The position numbers were made by a program, and so were the translations under genes. Below are positions 16,007 to 25,016 of a DNA stretch of 27,479 nt, piece after piece. Positions within the stretch are counted from its first letter, which is position 1; every line of letters starts with the position of its first letter. The notes under the pieces were generated by a model. That model did no database searches. It was not told the DNA's origin and saw nothing but the letters and a program-made list of their open reading frames with translations. Source of the DNA: Haliangiales bacterium (GTDB lineage Bacteria > Myxococcota_A > Polyangia > Haliangiales > SHYZ01); assembly GCA_035259575.1 (NCBI GenBank), contig DATFWE010000262.1, positions 1 to 27,479 on the forward strand, in the 5' to 3' direction.

Positions 16007-16891
16007 ATGTTGCAGTTCCTCGCCGTCATGGGCGGCGTCGCCCTCATGTCGATCTTCACCGGCGTGAGGATCCTGCGCGAGTACGAGCGCGCGATCGTGT
16101 TCCGCCTGGGCCGCGCGCGCCGGCAGCCGGCCGGGCCGGGCCTGGTTCTGCTCCTGCCTTTCGGCATCGACCGCGCCCAGGTCGTCGACACGCGCACCAA
16201 GGTGATCCAGATCCCCGCCCAGGAGGTCATCACCCGCGACAACATCTCGATCGGCGTCGACGCGGTCGTCTACGCCGAGGTGGCGTCGCCCGCCGACGCG
16301 GTGCTGCGCGTCGAGGAGTACATGCCGGCCACGCTCCAGCTCGCCGCCACCACCCTGCGCTCGATCATCGGGCGGATGGAGCTCGACGAGGTCCTGGCAA
16401 AGCGCTCCGAGATCAACGACGAGGTGCGCACGATCCTCGATCTGCGCACCGAGCAGTGGGGGGTGGAGATCACCGCCGTCGAGATCAAGGACATCACGCT
16501 GCCGACGGAGATGAAGCGCGCCATGGCGCGGCAGGCCGAGGCGGAGCGCGAGCGGCGCGCCAAGGTGATCATCTCCGAGGGCGAGCTGCAGGCGGCGGAG
16601 AAGCTGGCGCAGGCGGCGCGGCTGATCGCGGGGGAGCCGGCGGCGCTCCAGCTGCGCCTGTACCAGACGCTCGTCGAGGTGTCGGCCGAGCCCAACATGA
16701 CGATCGTCGTGCCGGTGCCGATCGATCTTTTCGGCGGGGCCGGCGCGCAGGCGGCGGAGAAGGTCGCCGCCGGCGTCGCGGGCGCGCTCGGCCGCCCGTC
16801 GGCGACCGAGCAGCTGCCCAGCGGCGAGCGGCGCGACCCGCTGGCCGATCTCAAGCGCGCGAAGGCGGAGCTCGACAAGAAGCCCAAGTGA
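16007..16891 (+). CDS. SPFH/band-7 (stomatin/prohibitin-like) membrane protein
   Basis: N-terminal TM, then [16 protein letters not shown] and [18 protein letters not shown], followed by a coiled-coil Ala/Glu-rich tail. It is the in-frame tail of track ORF 14468..16891. Confidence 0.85.
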   Translation: MLQFLAVMGGVALMSIFTGVRILREYERAIVFRLGRARRQPAGPGLVLLLPFGIDRAQVVDTRTKVIQIPAQEVITRDNISIGVDAVVYAEVASPADAVLRVEEYMPATLQLAATTLRSIIGRMELDEVLAKRSEINDEVRTILDLRTEQWGVEITAVEIKDITLPTEMKRAMARQAEAERERRAKVIISEGELQAAEKLAQAARLIAGEPAALQLRLYQTLVEVSAEPNMTIVVPVPIDLFGGAGAQAAEKVAAGVAGALGRPSATEQLPSGERRDPLADLKRAKAELDKKPK

Positions 16892-16926
16892 CAGCGCGCC
16901 CCGCGCGGGTGCAGAATACGCGCACC

Positions 16927-19824
16927 ATGCCCCGCTTGTGCCGCCTCGTGGTCCTGGTCGGCATCGCCGCGTGCGGAAGTGGAAGCGACACCGGCGGATC
17001 TCCCGACGCCCCACCCGGCGGCACGCCCGACGCGGCGCCCGCGGATGCGCCCACCTCGACGGTCGGACCCGGGGCGCAGCTCACGTTCGAGAGCGGCCCG
17101 GTGCGCCCGCTGGCGCTGTCGCCCGACGGGACGCGCCTCTACGTCGCGAACATCCCGAACGGCTCGCTCGATGTGCTGCGCGTCACCCCCGGCGGTCTCG
17201 CCTTCGACGGCTCGACCTACGTCGGCATCGACCCCGTCGCGGTGGCGGTGCGCGGCGACGGCGAGGTCTGGGTCGTCAACCACGTGTCGGACGACGTGAG
17301 CGTCGTCGACGTGTCCCGGAGCCCGCCGCGCGTCGTGCGCACGCTCCTCGTCGGCGACGAGCCGAGCGACATCGTCTTCGCCGGCCCCGGACGCGCGCGC
17401 GCGTTCGTCACCACCGCACACCGCGGCCAGCAGCGCACCAGCCCCGACCTCGCCGGCGTCCCCGGCGCGGGCGACCCCGCGCTCACCGTCGCCGGCACCG
17501 GGCGCGCCGACGTGTGGGTGTTCGACGCGACCGATCTCGGCACCGTGCTCGGCGGCCGCCCCGTCGCCATCATCACCCTGTTCGGCGACACCCCGCGCGC
17601 GCTGGCGACGACCCCCGACGGCAACACGGTATACGCCGCGGTGTTCAAATCGGGCAACGGCACCACCGCCACCGGGTCGCTGCTCTCCTGCAACGGCTTC
17701 GGCAACAACACGCCCTGCACGGTGGACGGCACCGTGCTGCCCGGCGCGGCGCCCGGACCGGGGACCAACCACGCCGGCGTCCCCGCGCCGCGCATCGGCG
17801 TGATCCTCAAGGTCGATGCGGGCGGCGCCTGGCGCGACGTCCTCGGGCGCGACTGGTCGGCGGCGGTGCGCTTCGACCTCCCCGACCAGGACGTCTTCGC
17901 CATCGACGCCGCGTCGCTCGCCACCACCGCGGTCTACCGCCACGTCGGCACGACGCTGTTCAACATGGCGGTGAACCCGAAGAGCGGCGTCGTCTACGTG
18001 TCCAACACCGAGTCGCGCAACGACCTCCGCTTCGAGGGGCCGGGGACGTTCGCCGGCACGACGCTGCAGGGGCACTTGGCCGAGACGCGCGTCACCGTCA
18101 TCACCGTCGCCGGGGCGGCTGCGGGCCAGGTGCTCCCACGCCATCTCAACAAGCACATCGATTATGCCGTCCTCCCCGCGCCGGCGGGCGTGAAGGACCA
18201 CAGCCTGGCCACGCCGCTCGACGTGGCCGTCACCGCCGACGGCGCGACGCTGTACGTGGCGGCGTTCGGCTCCGGCAAGGTCGGCGTCCTGCCCACCGCC
18301 GCGCTGGAGGACGACACCTTCGATCCCGTCGCCGCCAGCGCCGGCTACATCGCCGTGACGGGGGGTGGGCCCGGTGGGCTCGCCCTCGACGAGACCCGGC
18401 GCCGCCTGTACGTCGCCACCCGCTTCGACGACGGCGTGTCGGTGATCGACCTCGACACGCGTGCCGAAACGGCGCACCTCACGCTCGCCGACCCCGAGCC
18501 GGCCAAGGTGACCCAGGGGCGGCGGTTCCTCTACGACGCCGCGCTGTCGTCGTCGAACGGCGAGGCCGCGTGCGCCAGCTGCCACACGTTCGGCGACATG
18601 GACCACCTTGCCTGGGATCTCGGCAACCCCGACGGCGACGTCGTGCACACCCCGATCAACATCAAGCTCGCCGCCGGCGCGGGCTCGACCATCAACGGCT
18701 CCGGCGACGTCAGCGGCCTCCACCCGATGAAGGGGCCGATGACGACGCAGACGCTGCGCGGGATGGTGAACCACGGCGCGATGCACTGGCGCGGCGATCG
18801 CGTGTCCGGGTTCTTCGGCACCGACACGCGCACGCAGCCGCCGTACGACTCGGAGCTGGCGTTCAAGAACTTCATCGTGGCGTTCAACGGCCTGCTCGGC
18901 CGCGACGCCATGCTGCCGCCCGACGCGATGCAGGCGTTCTCCGACTTCGCGCTGCGCATCGTCGTGCCGCCCAACCCGGTGCGCCCGCTCGACAACTCCC
19001 TCACCGATGCGCAGGCGCGCGGCCGCAGGTTCTTCATGGGGTGCGACGGCCTCGACAGCATCGCGGCGACGGACGTCGTCTGCTCGGGCGACCGCCCGGT
19101 CGGCGCCGGCCACTTCTCCGACGGGGTGGGCTTCCCCGGCTTCGGCTTCACCTGCGAGGGGTGCCACACGCTCCGCCCCGAGCTCGGCTTCTTCGGCACC
19201 GACGGCGAGTCGAGCTTCGAGGCGCTGCCGCAGATCAACAAGGTCCCCCACCTGCGCAACGTCTACGACAAGATCGGCATGTTCGGCGTGCCATCGCAGC
19301 CCGCGGCCAACCCGGGCGACAACGGGCCGATGGGAAACCAGATCCGCGGATTCGGCTTCGAGAACGACGGCAGCGTGGATACGCTGTTCCGCTTCCTCCA
19401 GGCGCGCGTGTTCAACCGCGCCCAGAGCGGCCGCGTCGGCTTCGCCAACGGTGACCCGCAGCGGCGCGACGTGGAGCAGTTCCTCCTCGCGTTCGACAAC
19501 GACCTCGCGCCGATCGTGGGCCAGCAGGTGACGTTGCGCGCCGATAACGCCGGCGCCGCCGGCCCGCGCATCGCCCTGCTCATCGCGCGGGCGCAGACGC
19601 CGTTCGCCTCCAAGATCCTGGGCGCGGGCGCGACCGAGTGCGACCTCGTCGCGCGCGCGGTCATCGGCGGCGCGGCCACGACGTATCACCTCGTCGGTGG
19701 GCAGTTCGCGCCCGAGGGCGGCGGCGCCGCGCTGTCCGACACCGCGCTGCGCGCGCTCGCGCAGACGCCGGGCCAGGAGATCACCTACACCTGCCTGCCG
19801 CCGGGATGGGGCGCGCGCAGATGA
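16927..19824 (+). CDS. Lipoprotein fusing an N-terminal YVTN-type beta-propeller to a C-terminal di-haem cytochrome c peroxidase / MauG-family domain
   Basis: Lipobox LVGIAAC|GSG. Propeller repeats are LSPDGTRLYVAN, TTPDGNTVYAAV, VTADGATLYVAA and DETRRRLYVAT. The first haem site, GRRFLYDAALSSSNGEAACASCHTF, resembles the CCP N-terminal block LFFD..LS....SC.SCH. The second CxxCH is FTCEGCHT, about 170 aa downstream. It is the in-frame tail of track ORF 16456..19824. Confidence 0.75.
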   Translation: MPRLCRLVVLVGIAACGSGSDTGGSPDAPPGGTPDAAPADAPTSTVGPGAQLTFESGPVRPLALSPDGTRLYVANIPNGSLDVLRVTPGGLAFDGSTYVGIDPVAVAVRGDGEVWVVNHVSDDVSVVDVSRSPPRVVRTLLVGDEPSDIVFAGPGRARAFVTTAHRGQQRTSPDLAGVPGAGDPALTVAGTGRADVWVFDATDLGTVLGGRPVAIITLFGDTPRALATTPDGNTVYAAVFKSGNGTTATGSLLSCNGFGNNTPCTVDGTVLPGAAPGPGTNHAGVPAPRIGVILKVDAGGAWRDVLGRDWSAAVRFDLPDQDVFAIDAASLATTAVYRHVGTTLFNMAVNPKSGVVYVSNTESRNDLRFEGPGTFAGTTLQGHLAETRVTVITVAGAAAGQVLPRHLNKHIDYAVLPAPAGVKDHSLATPLDVAVTADGATLYVAAFGSGKVGVLPTAALEDDTFDPVAASAGYIAVTGGGPGGLALDETRRRLYVATRFDDGVSVIDLDTRAETAHLTLADPEPAKVTQGRRFLYDAALSSSNGEAACASCHTFGDMDHLAWDLGNPDGDVVHTPINIKLAAGAGSTINGSGDVSGLHPMKGPMTTQTLRGMVNHGAMHWRGDRVSGFFGTDTRTQPPYDSELAFKNFIVAFNGLLGRDAMLPPDAMQAFSDFALRIVVPPNPVRPLDNSLTDAQARGRRFFMGCDGLDSIAATDVVCSGDRPVGAGHFSDGVGFPGFGFTCEGCHTLRPELGFFGTDGESSFEALPQINKVPHLRNVYDKIGMFGVPSQPAANPGDNGPMGNQIRGFGFENDGSVDTLFRFLQARVFNRAQSGRVGFANGDPQRRDVEQFLLAFDNDLAPIVGQQVTLRADNAGAAGPRIALLIARAQTPFASKILGAGATECDLVARAVIGGAATTYHLVGGQFAPEGGGAALSDTALRALAQTPGQEITYTCLPPGWGARR

Positions 19825-20840
19825 GCGAGCACCCCGTAAAGCGGATCGTGCCGCTCGGCTTTCCGTGGGAGACGTCCGACCCGTTCCTGTTCTGCGTCCA
19901 CCACGACGACCGCTACCCCGCGGGCAACGAGGACATGGGCCCCGCCGCGTCGCTCGAGGGGCGGAACCTCGGCCAGGACTTCGACGTCAAGGACGGCTGG
20001 CGCATGTACCACGGCGAGGTGGTGCCGGGGTTCCCGCAGCACCCGCACCGCGGCTTCGAGACGGTGACGCTGGCGCGCCGCGGCACCATCGATCACTCGG
20101 ACTCGCTCGGCGCGGCGGCGCGCTTCGGCCGCGGCGACGTGCAGTGGCTCACCGCCGGCAAGGGCATCGTCCACGCCGAGATGTTCCCGCTCCTCGACCG
20201 CACCGGGCCGAACCCGCTCGAGCTGTTCCAGATCTGGCTCAACCTGCCCGGGGCGGACAAGATGGTCGAGCCGCATTTCGCGATGCTGTGGGACGACGCG
20301 ATCCCGCGCCACGCGAGCGCCGACGACGCCGGCCGGCCGACCGAGGTCACCGTCATCGCCGGCCGGCTCGCCGGCCTGACCCCGCCCCCGCCGCCGCCCA
20401 AGTCGTGGGCGTCGCGGCCGGACACCGACGTGGCGATCTGGCTCCTCAAGATGGCGCCCGGCGCGCGCTTCGCCCTGCCGCCGGCGGCGCGGGGCACGAA
20501 TCGCACGCTGTACTTCTTCCGCGGCGGCTCGCTGCGCGCCGGCGACCGCGCGATCCCGCCCTACCACGGCGTGGAGCTCCGCCCCGAAGCCGAGGTGACG
20601 CTGGCCAACGGCTCCGACGAGGCCGAGCTCCTGCTCCTCGGCGGGCGGCCGATCGGCGAGCCGGTCGTGCAGTACGGTCCGTTCGTGATGAACACGCGCG
20701 CCCAGATCCACCAGGCGATGGCCGACTACCGGCGCACGCAGTTCGGCGGCTGGCCGTGGCCGAGCGACGCGCCGGTGCACCCGCGCGAAGAGGGCCGCTT
20801 CGCCCGCCACGCCGACGGCCGGATCGAGCGCGCGGGGTAG
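19821..20840 (+). CDS. Pirin-family bicupin protein
   Basis: HPHRGFETVTLA and QWLTAGKGIVHAEMF are pirin metal-site blocks. The ATG overlaps the lipoprotein stop (ATGA). Confidence 0.85.
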   Translation: MSEHPVKRIVPLGFPWETSDPFLFCVHHDDRYPAGNEDMGPAASLEGRNLGQDFDVKDGWRMYHGEVVPGFPQHPHRGFETVTLARRGTIDHSDSLGAAARFGRGDVQWLTAGKGIVHAEMFPLLDRTGPNPLELFQIWLNLPGADKMVEPHFAMLWDDAIPRHASADDAGRPTEVTVIAGRLAGLTPPPPPPKSWASRPDTDVAIWLLKMAPGARFALPPAARGTNRTLYFFRGGSLRAGDRAIPPYHGVELRPEAEVTLANGSDEAELLLLGGRPIGEPVVQYGPFVMNTRAQIHQAMADYRRTQFGGWPWPSDAPVHPREEGRFARHADGRIERAG

Positions 20841-20861
20841 CGCGCGGGTATCCTTCACCGC

Positions 20862-21563
20862 ATGTCCAAACCCGTCTGCATCATCGTGGGCATCGGCCCC
20901 GGCAACGGCGCGGCGCTGGCGCGGCGATTCGCCGCCGAGGGCTACGCCGTGGCGCTCCTCACCCGCGACCAGGCCTACGCCGGGCGGCTCGCCGCCGAGC
21001 TCGACGGCGCGCGCGCCTACCCCTGCGACGCATCCGACCCGTCGTCGATCGAGACCGCGTTCGCGGCGGCGCGGCGCGACCTCGGCGACGCGGCGGTGCT
21101 CGTGTACAACGCCGGCTCGGGCGTATTCGGCAACGTCGAAGAGCTGTCGGTCGACGCGTTCGAGTCGGCGTGGCGCATCAACGCGCTCGGCGCGTTCGTC
21201 GCGTCGCGCCAGGTCATCCCGGCGATGAAGGCGCACGGCGGCGGCGCGATCGTGTTCATCGGCGCGACCGCCTCGCGGAAGGGCGGAGCGCGCAGCGCCG
21301 GGTTCGCGTCGGCCAAGGCCGCGCAACGCACGCTGGCCGAGTCGATGGCGCGCCACTTGTGGCCGTCCGGGATCCACGTCGCGGTCGTGATCATCGACGG
21401 CGTCGTCGATCTGCCGCGCACGCGCGAGCGCATGCCGGGCAAGCCCGACAGCTTCTTCGTCAAGCCCGACGCCGTCGCCCAGACCGTCGTGGCGATCGCG
21501 CGCCAGGACCGGTCGGCCTGGTCGTTCGAGGTCGAGGCGCGCCCGTTCGGCGAGACCTGGTGA
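20862..21563 (+). CDS. Short-chain dehydrogenase/reductase family protein, with non-canonical active site
   Basis: The Rossmann start is IIVGIGPGNGAALARRFAAEG, followed by NAG (VYNAGSG). The YxxxK region reads AGFASAK, with Phe at the usual Tyr position. Confidence 0.75.
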   Translation: MSKPVCIIVGIGPGNGAALARRFAAEGYAVALLTRDQAYAGRLAAELDGARAYPCDASDPSSIETAFAAARRDLGDAAVLVYNAGSGVFGNVEELSVDAFESAWRINALGAFVASRQVIPAMKAHGGGAIVFIGATASRKGGARSAGFASAKAAQRTLAESMARHLWPSGIHVAVVIIDGVVDLPRTRERMPGKPDSFFVKPDAVAQTVVAIARQDRSAWSFEVEARPFGETW

Positions 21564-21586
21564 TCCGAGGAGACAAACTCGTCGGC

Positions 21587-22264
21587 ATGCGCGCCGGCGC
21601 CCCCCGGGCCTTCGTGCGACGGGTGCTCGAACGGCTCGGGCGGGCCTATGGCGCGGTCCGGTGGCGGCGGGAGGATCCGGTCGTGTGCCTCATCGGCACC
21701 ATCCTCGCCCAGGCGACCAACGATCCCCTCGCGGAGCGCGCCTATCGTTCCCTGCGCCGCCGCTTCCCCACCTGGATGGACGTGCTCGAGGCGCCGCCCG
21801 CCGAGGTCGAGGAAGCCATCAAGATGTCCGGCCTGGCGGCGCAGAAGGCCCGCGCCATCCAGGCGTTCCTCGCGCACCTTCTGGCCACGCGCGGGCGCTT
21901 CTCGCTCGCCGACCTGCGCCGCCCCGGCCTCGACGTCGACGCCGCGCTCGCCGACCTGTCGAGCATCCCCGGCGTGGGGATCAAGACGGCGGCGATCACC
22001 CTGATGTTCGGCGCCGGCGTGTCGCTGTGCGCCGTGGACACGCACCTCGTGCGCATCCTGCGCCGCCTCGCGATCGTGCCGCCCAAGGCCGCGCCCGACC
22101 GCGCGTTCCGGATCCTGCGCCCGCTCGTGCCCGATGGCCGCGGCATCGAGCTCCACATGCAGCTCATCCGGTTCGGGCGGAACGTCTGCCGCGCGCCCGT
22201 ACCGCGCTGCTTCGACTGCGCGCTCCGGGAGATCTGCCCGTTCCCCGACAAGACGCCGAGCTGA
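21587..22264 (+). CDS. Endonuclease III-like HhH-GPD DNA glycosylase with a [4Fe-4S] cluster loop
   Basis: LIGTILAQATND, the HhH-GPD element LSSIPGVGIKTAAITL...AVDTHLVRI, and the C-terminal Cys-x6-Cys-x2-Cys-x5-Cys loop (CRAPVPRCFDCALREIC). An alternative GTG start at 21560 overlaps the SDR stop. Confidence 0.75.
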   Translation: MRAGAPRAFVRRVLERLGRAYGAVRWRREDPVVCLIGTILAQATNDPLAERAYRSLRRRFPTWMDVLEAPPAEVEEAIKMSGLAAQKARAIQAFLAHLLATRGRFSLADLRRPGLDVDAALADLSSIPGVGIKTAAITLMFGAGVSLCAVDTHLVRILRRLAIVPPKAAPDRAFRILRPLVPDGRGIELHMQLIRFGRNVCRAPVPRCFDCALREICPFPDKTPS

Positions 22265-22274
22265 CCCCGGTAGC

Positions 22275-22619
22275 TCACGGCCACTCGCGGGCGAGGCGGA
22301 ACGCCCGGCCCCGCCGGCGTACGAGCCCCTCGGTGCGCAGGCGCGTGAGGATCGCGCGCACCTCGGCGGCGCGGTAGACCGAGTGATTGATCCAGTCGAT
22401 GAACGAGACAAGGTCGGCGACGTCCGCCGACCCGCCGAAATACACCAGGCCCGAAAGCACGAGCTCGTCGTCGGTCCAGGCGAGCTCGGCCCGGCGGTCG
22501 CGCTTGGCCTTCTGGTACGCGCCGCGCGACACGCCGAAACGGGCGCACGCTTCCGCCACGGTCTTCCCGGGGACGCGGGCGAGCTTGAGCGCGCGCAGCA
22601 GCGTCGCCGGATCGGCCAT
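22275..22619 (-). CDS. Small helix-turn-helix DNA-binding protein (putative transcriptional regulator)
   Basis: MADPATLLRALKLARVPGKTVAEACARFGVSRGAYQKAKRD is an HTH-like segment, followed by a second winged-helix-like stretch. The ATG at 22619 sits next to a palindromic operator candidate. Confidence 0.5.
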   Translation of the reverse strand: MADPATLLRALKLARVPGKTVAEACARFGVSRGAYQKAKRDRRAELAWTDDELVLSGLVYFGGSADVADLVSFIDWINHSVYRAAEVRAILTRLRTEGLVRRRGRAFRLAREWP

Positions 22620-22639
22620 CGCCTCGATCGTATACCGAG

Positions 22640-22657
22640 CTGACGTCAGGGTTGACG
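22640..22657. promoter_or_regulatory. Candidate operator: perfect 10-bp palindrome CTGACGTCAG followed by a third TGACG half-site (TTGACG), in the divergent intergenic region between the HTH gene and the RraA/NeuB operon
   Basis: Read directly at 22640-22649 (ctgacgtcag) and 22652-22657 (ttgacg). An adjacent GTATAC palindrome lies at 22630-22635. These are the only conspicuous symmetric elements in a 123-nt divergent promoter region. Confidence 0.35.
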
Positions 22658-22742
22658 CCGCAGGCGGGTTCCGCGCGGGGACGTTCGCCAGCAAAGACGG
22701 ATGCTTACCGATGGCGCTCGCCTTGCAACGACCCCGGGCGAT

Positions 22743-23414
22743 ATGGATCTCCACCGCCGATTCGCCCGCCTCTACCTGGGCGTCGTGTACGACGCCATGC
22801 GCTTCGACCTACGTGTGGACCGCGCGTTCGTCGTCCACCGCGAGATCAAGCCGACCTGGCCGCTCGGGGCCGACGAGGTGCTTTTCGGGCAGGCGTTCAC
22901 CTGCCGCGGCGCGCGCGTGCTCGAGCCCGATCACATCGACGACACCATCCGCATCCGCATGTTCCGCGACTTCACGCCCGGCAGCGTCCAGGTCATCGAC
23001 ACCGGCGGCGACGACGGCGTGGCCCACTTCGGCGACATCTCGGGCAAGCTCGCCCGCAAGTTCGGCGCGCGCGGCGCGGTGATCGACGGCTACACCCGCG
23101 ACGCCCGCATCCTCCATCAAGATCGTTTCCCCGTGTTCTGCCGCGGCACGCAGCCCACCGACGCGTACGGCCGGTGGCAGATCGTCGCCTGGAACGAGCC
23201 GGTGATGCTTCCCGGCTCGGAGGGGGTCGTCGGCGTGTCGCCCGGCGACTACATCTTCGGCGATCCCGACGGCGTGCTCGTCATCCCGCACCGACTCGGG
23301 GCGGAAGTGTGCGCCCTCGCCGAGGCCCGCCTCGCCCGCGAGGACGAGGTGCGCGCCGAGCTCAGGGAGACCGACGACATCCAGGGCCTCTATGACCGCA
23401 TCGGGAGGTGGTAG
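22743..23414 (+). CDS. RraA-family protein (RraA / 4-hydroxy-4-methyl-2-oxoglutarate aldolase-oxaloacetate decarboxylase-like)
   Basis: VQVIDTGGDDGVAHFGDISGKLARKFGARGAVIDGYTRDARIL matches the conserved GDVxV.D.G...A.xGxxx...A...G..GxVxDGxxRD core of the family. An alternative start at 22701 is possible. Confidence 0.65.
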   Translation: MDLHRRFARLYLGVVYDAMRFDLRVDRAFVVHREIKPTWPLGADEVLFGQAFTCRGARVLEPDHIDDTIRIRMFRDFTPGSVQVIDTGGDDGVAHFGDISGKLARKFGARGAVIDGYTRDARILHQDRFPVFCRGTQPTDAYGRWQIVAWNEPVMLPGSEGVVGVSPGDYIFGDPDGVLVIPHRLGAEVCALAEARLAREDEVRAELRETDDIQGLYDRIGRW

Positions 23415-23415
23415 C

Positions 23416-24348
23416 GTGACCACGTTCGTCGCCGAGTTCACCACCAACCACATGGGGAACCTCAACGTCCTCCTGCGCATGGTCGAGGAGGCCGCGCGCG
23501 CGGGCGCGAGCCTCATCAAGATGCAGAAGAAGGACGTCGACACGTTCTACTCCAAGGAGAAGCTCGACTCGCCCTACCAGAGCCCCTACGGCAAGACCTA
23601 CCGCGACTACCGCCGCATGTTCGAGTTCGACCGAGAGGACTTCCAGCGTTTCGATCGCAAGTGCCGGCAGGAGGGGATCGGCTGGTTCTCGACGGTGCAG
23701 GACATCCCGTCGCTCCGCTTCATGCTCGAGCTCGGCCTCGACCACTTCAAGGTCGCGTCGTCCAACGCGCGCAACCGCCCGCTCCTCGAGGAGTGCGCGC
23801 GCTCGATCCCCCGGGACGCGACGATCGTGATCTCGGTCGCCGGCTCGACGCTCGCCCAGGTCGACGAGGCGCTGTCGATCTTCCCCGATCACAAGATCTG
23901 GCTGCTCCACTGCGTCGCCCAGTACCCCTGCCCGCCGGAGAACCTGCGCCTGGGCAACATCGCCGAGCTGCGCCGGTCGTTCGCGTCCGAGCGGGTGCGC
24001 ATCGGCTACTCCGGCCACGAGGAGGGCATCCCGCCGTCGCTCGCCGCCATCTCGATGGGCGCCGAGCTCGTCGAGCGCCATTTCTGCCTGTCGCGCCACT
24101 CGTTCGTCCACCACATCGAGTGCAGCCTCGAGCCGGACGAATTCCGCGCCCTAGTCGACGCCGCCCGCTCCCGGGCGGAGATCGCCGCCGCGGTCGCCGG
24201 GATGCCGCCGGCCGCGTTCGCGCAGAAGCTGGGCATGACCGAGACCGAGAAGACGTTCCTCGTCGCGCAGACGTACGGCAAGCGGTTCATCCAGGGGGGC
24301 GCGTCGTTCCCCGAGGGCGAGCCGGCGCCGGTGGAGAAGGCGGCGTGA
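23416..24348 (+). CDS. NeuB-family ulosonic acid synthase (sialic/pseudaminic/legionaminic acid synthase-like, PEP-condensing TIM barrel), apparently without a canonical C-terminal SAF domain
   Basis: GTG at 23416, preceded by GGGAGG 7 nt upstream. The N-terminus TTFVAEFTTNHMGNLNVLLRMVEEAARAGASLIKMQKK parallels NeuB (IIAEIGxNHNGSLE...AGADAVKFQ). The metal-site region is VERHFCLSRHSFVHHIECSLEPDE. The protein is about 310 aa. Confidence 0.8.
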   Translation: MTTFVAEFTTNHMGNLNVLLRMVEEAARAGASLIKMQKKDVDTFYSKEKLDSPYQSPYGKTYRDYRRMFEFDREDFQRFDRKCRQEGIGWFSTVQDIPSLRFMLELGLDHFKVASSNARNRPLLEECARSIPRDATIVISVAGSTLAQVDEALSIFPDHKIWLLHCVAQYPCPPENLRLGNIAELRRSFASERVRIGYSGHEEGIPPSLAAISMGAELVERHFCLSRHSFVHHIECSLEPDEFRALVDAARSRAEIAAAVAGMPPAAFAQKLGMTETEKTFLVAQTYGKRFIQGGASFPEGEPAPVEKAA

Positions 24349-25016
24349 CCCCCACGGTCGTCGCATTCGTCCACGCCAAGGGCAAGAGCGAGCGCGTCCA
24401 CCGGAAGAACCTGCGGCGCCTGGGCGACCGGCCGCTGTTCTGCCACGCCATCGCCAACGCGCGCGCCGCCCGCAACGTCGACCTCGTGGTCATCGACAGC
24501 GAGGACGACGACATCCTGGCGATCGGGGCGCACGCCGGGGCGCGGCCGCTCAAGCGGCCCGTCGAGCTCGCCGACAACCGCACGTCGGGCGACCAGCTCG
24601 CCTACTGGCAGGCGTCGAATTTCCCCGGGTCGACGTACGTCGTGCAGGTGATCCCCACGTCGCCGTTCCTGCGTCCGGCGACGATCGACCGCGCCATCGA
24701 CATGCTGCGCGACGGCGACGCGGACAGCGTCGCCGGCGTGTTCTCCGACGTGCAGTACACCTGGCGCGACAATCGCCCCACCTACTACCGCGCCGACGGC
24801 ACGCTGCCCAACTCGAGCGAGATGGAGCCCACGATCTTCGAGACCACGGGCCTGTACGCCAACCGCACCGAGGCCGTACTGCGCACGCGCCGCCGCATGA
24901 ACCCCGACCGCGCGCTGCCGCTCGTCGTCTCGCGCATCGAGGCGATCGACGTCAACACGCCCGAGGACTTCGAGATGGCCGAGATCGTGTGGCGGGGGAT
25001 GGGAGGGCGGGAATGA
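24345..25016 (+). CDS. CMP-ulosonic acid synthetase (acylneuraminate / Kdo cytidylyltransferase family)
   Basis: The N-terminus VAFVHAKGKSERVHRKNLRRLGDRPL matches the IPARGGSKRIPRKNI nucleotidyltransferase P-loop. A GTG start overlaps the upstream stop (GTGA). It is the in-frame tail of track ORF 23661..25016. Confidence 0.75.
   Translation: MTPTVVAFVHAKGKSERVHRKNLRRLGDRPLFCHAIANARAARNVDLVVIDSEDDDILAIGAHAGARPLKRPVELADNRTSGDQLAYWQASNFPGSTYVVQVIPTSPFLRPATIDRAIDMLRDGDADSVAGVFSDVQYTWRDNRPTYYRADGTLPNSSEMEPTIFETTGLYANRTEAVLRTRRRMNPDRALPLVVSRIEAIDVNTPEDFEMAEIVWRGMGGRE

Noticed and set aside
16892-16926. GC hairpin (CGCG-loop-CGCG) after the SPFH gene as a terminator
   Set aside because: It is a 4-bp GC stem without a following U-tract. 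Such palindromes are expected by chance at this GC content.
16270-19689. 1139-aa minus-strand ORF
   Set aside because: It is antisense to the beta-propeller/di-haem lipoprotein gene, which has lipobox, propeller-repeat and CxxCH motifs on the + strand. The minus frame has no motifs and an Arg/Gly/Ala-rich composition.
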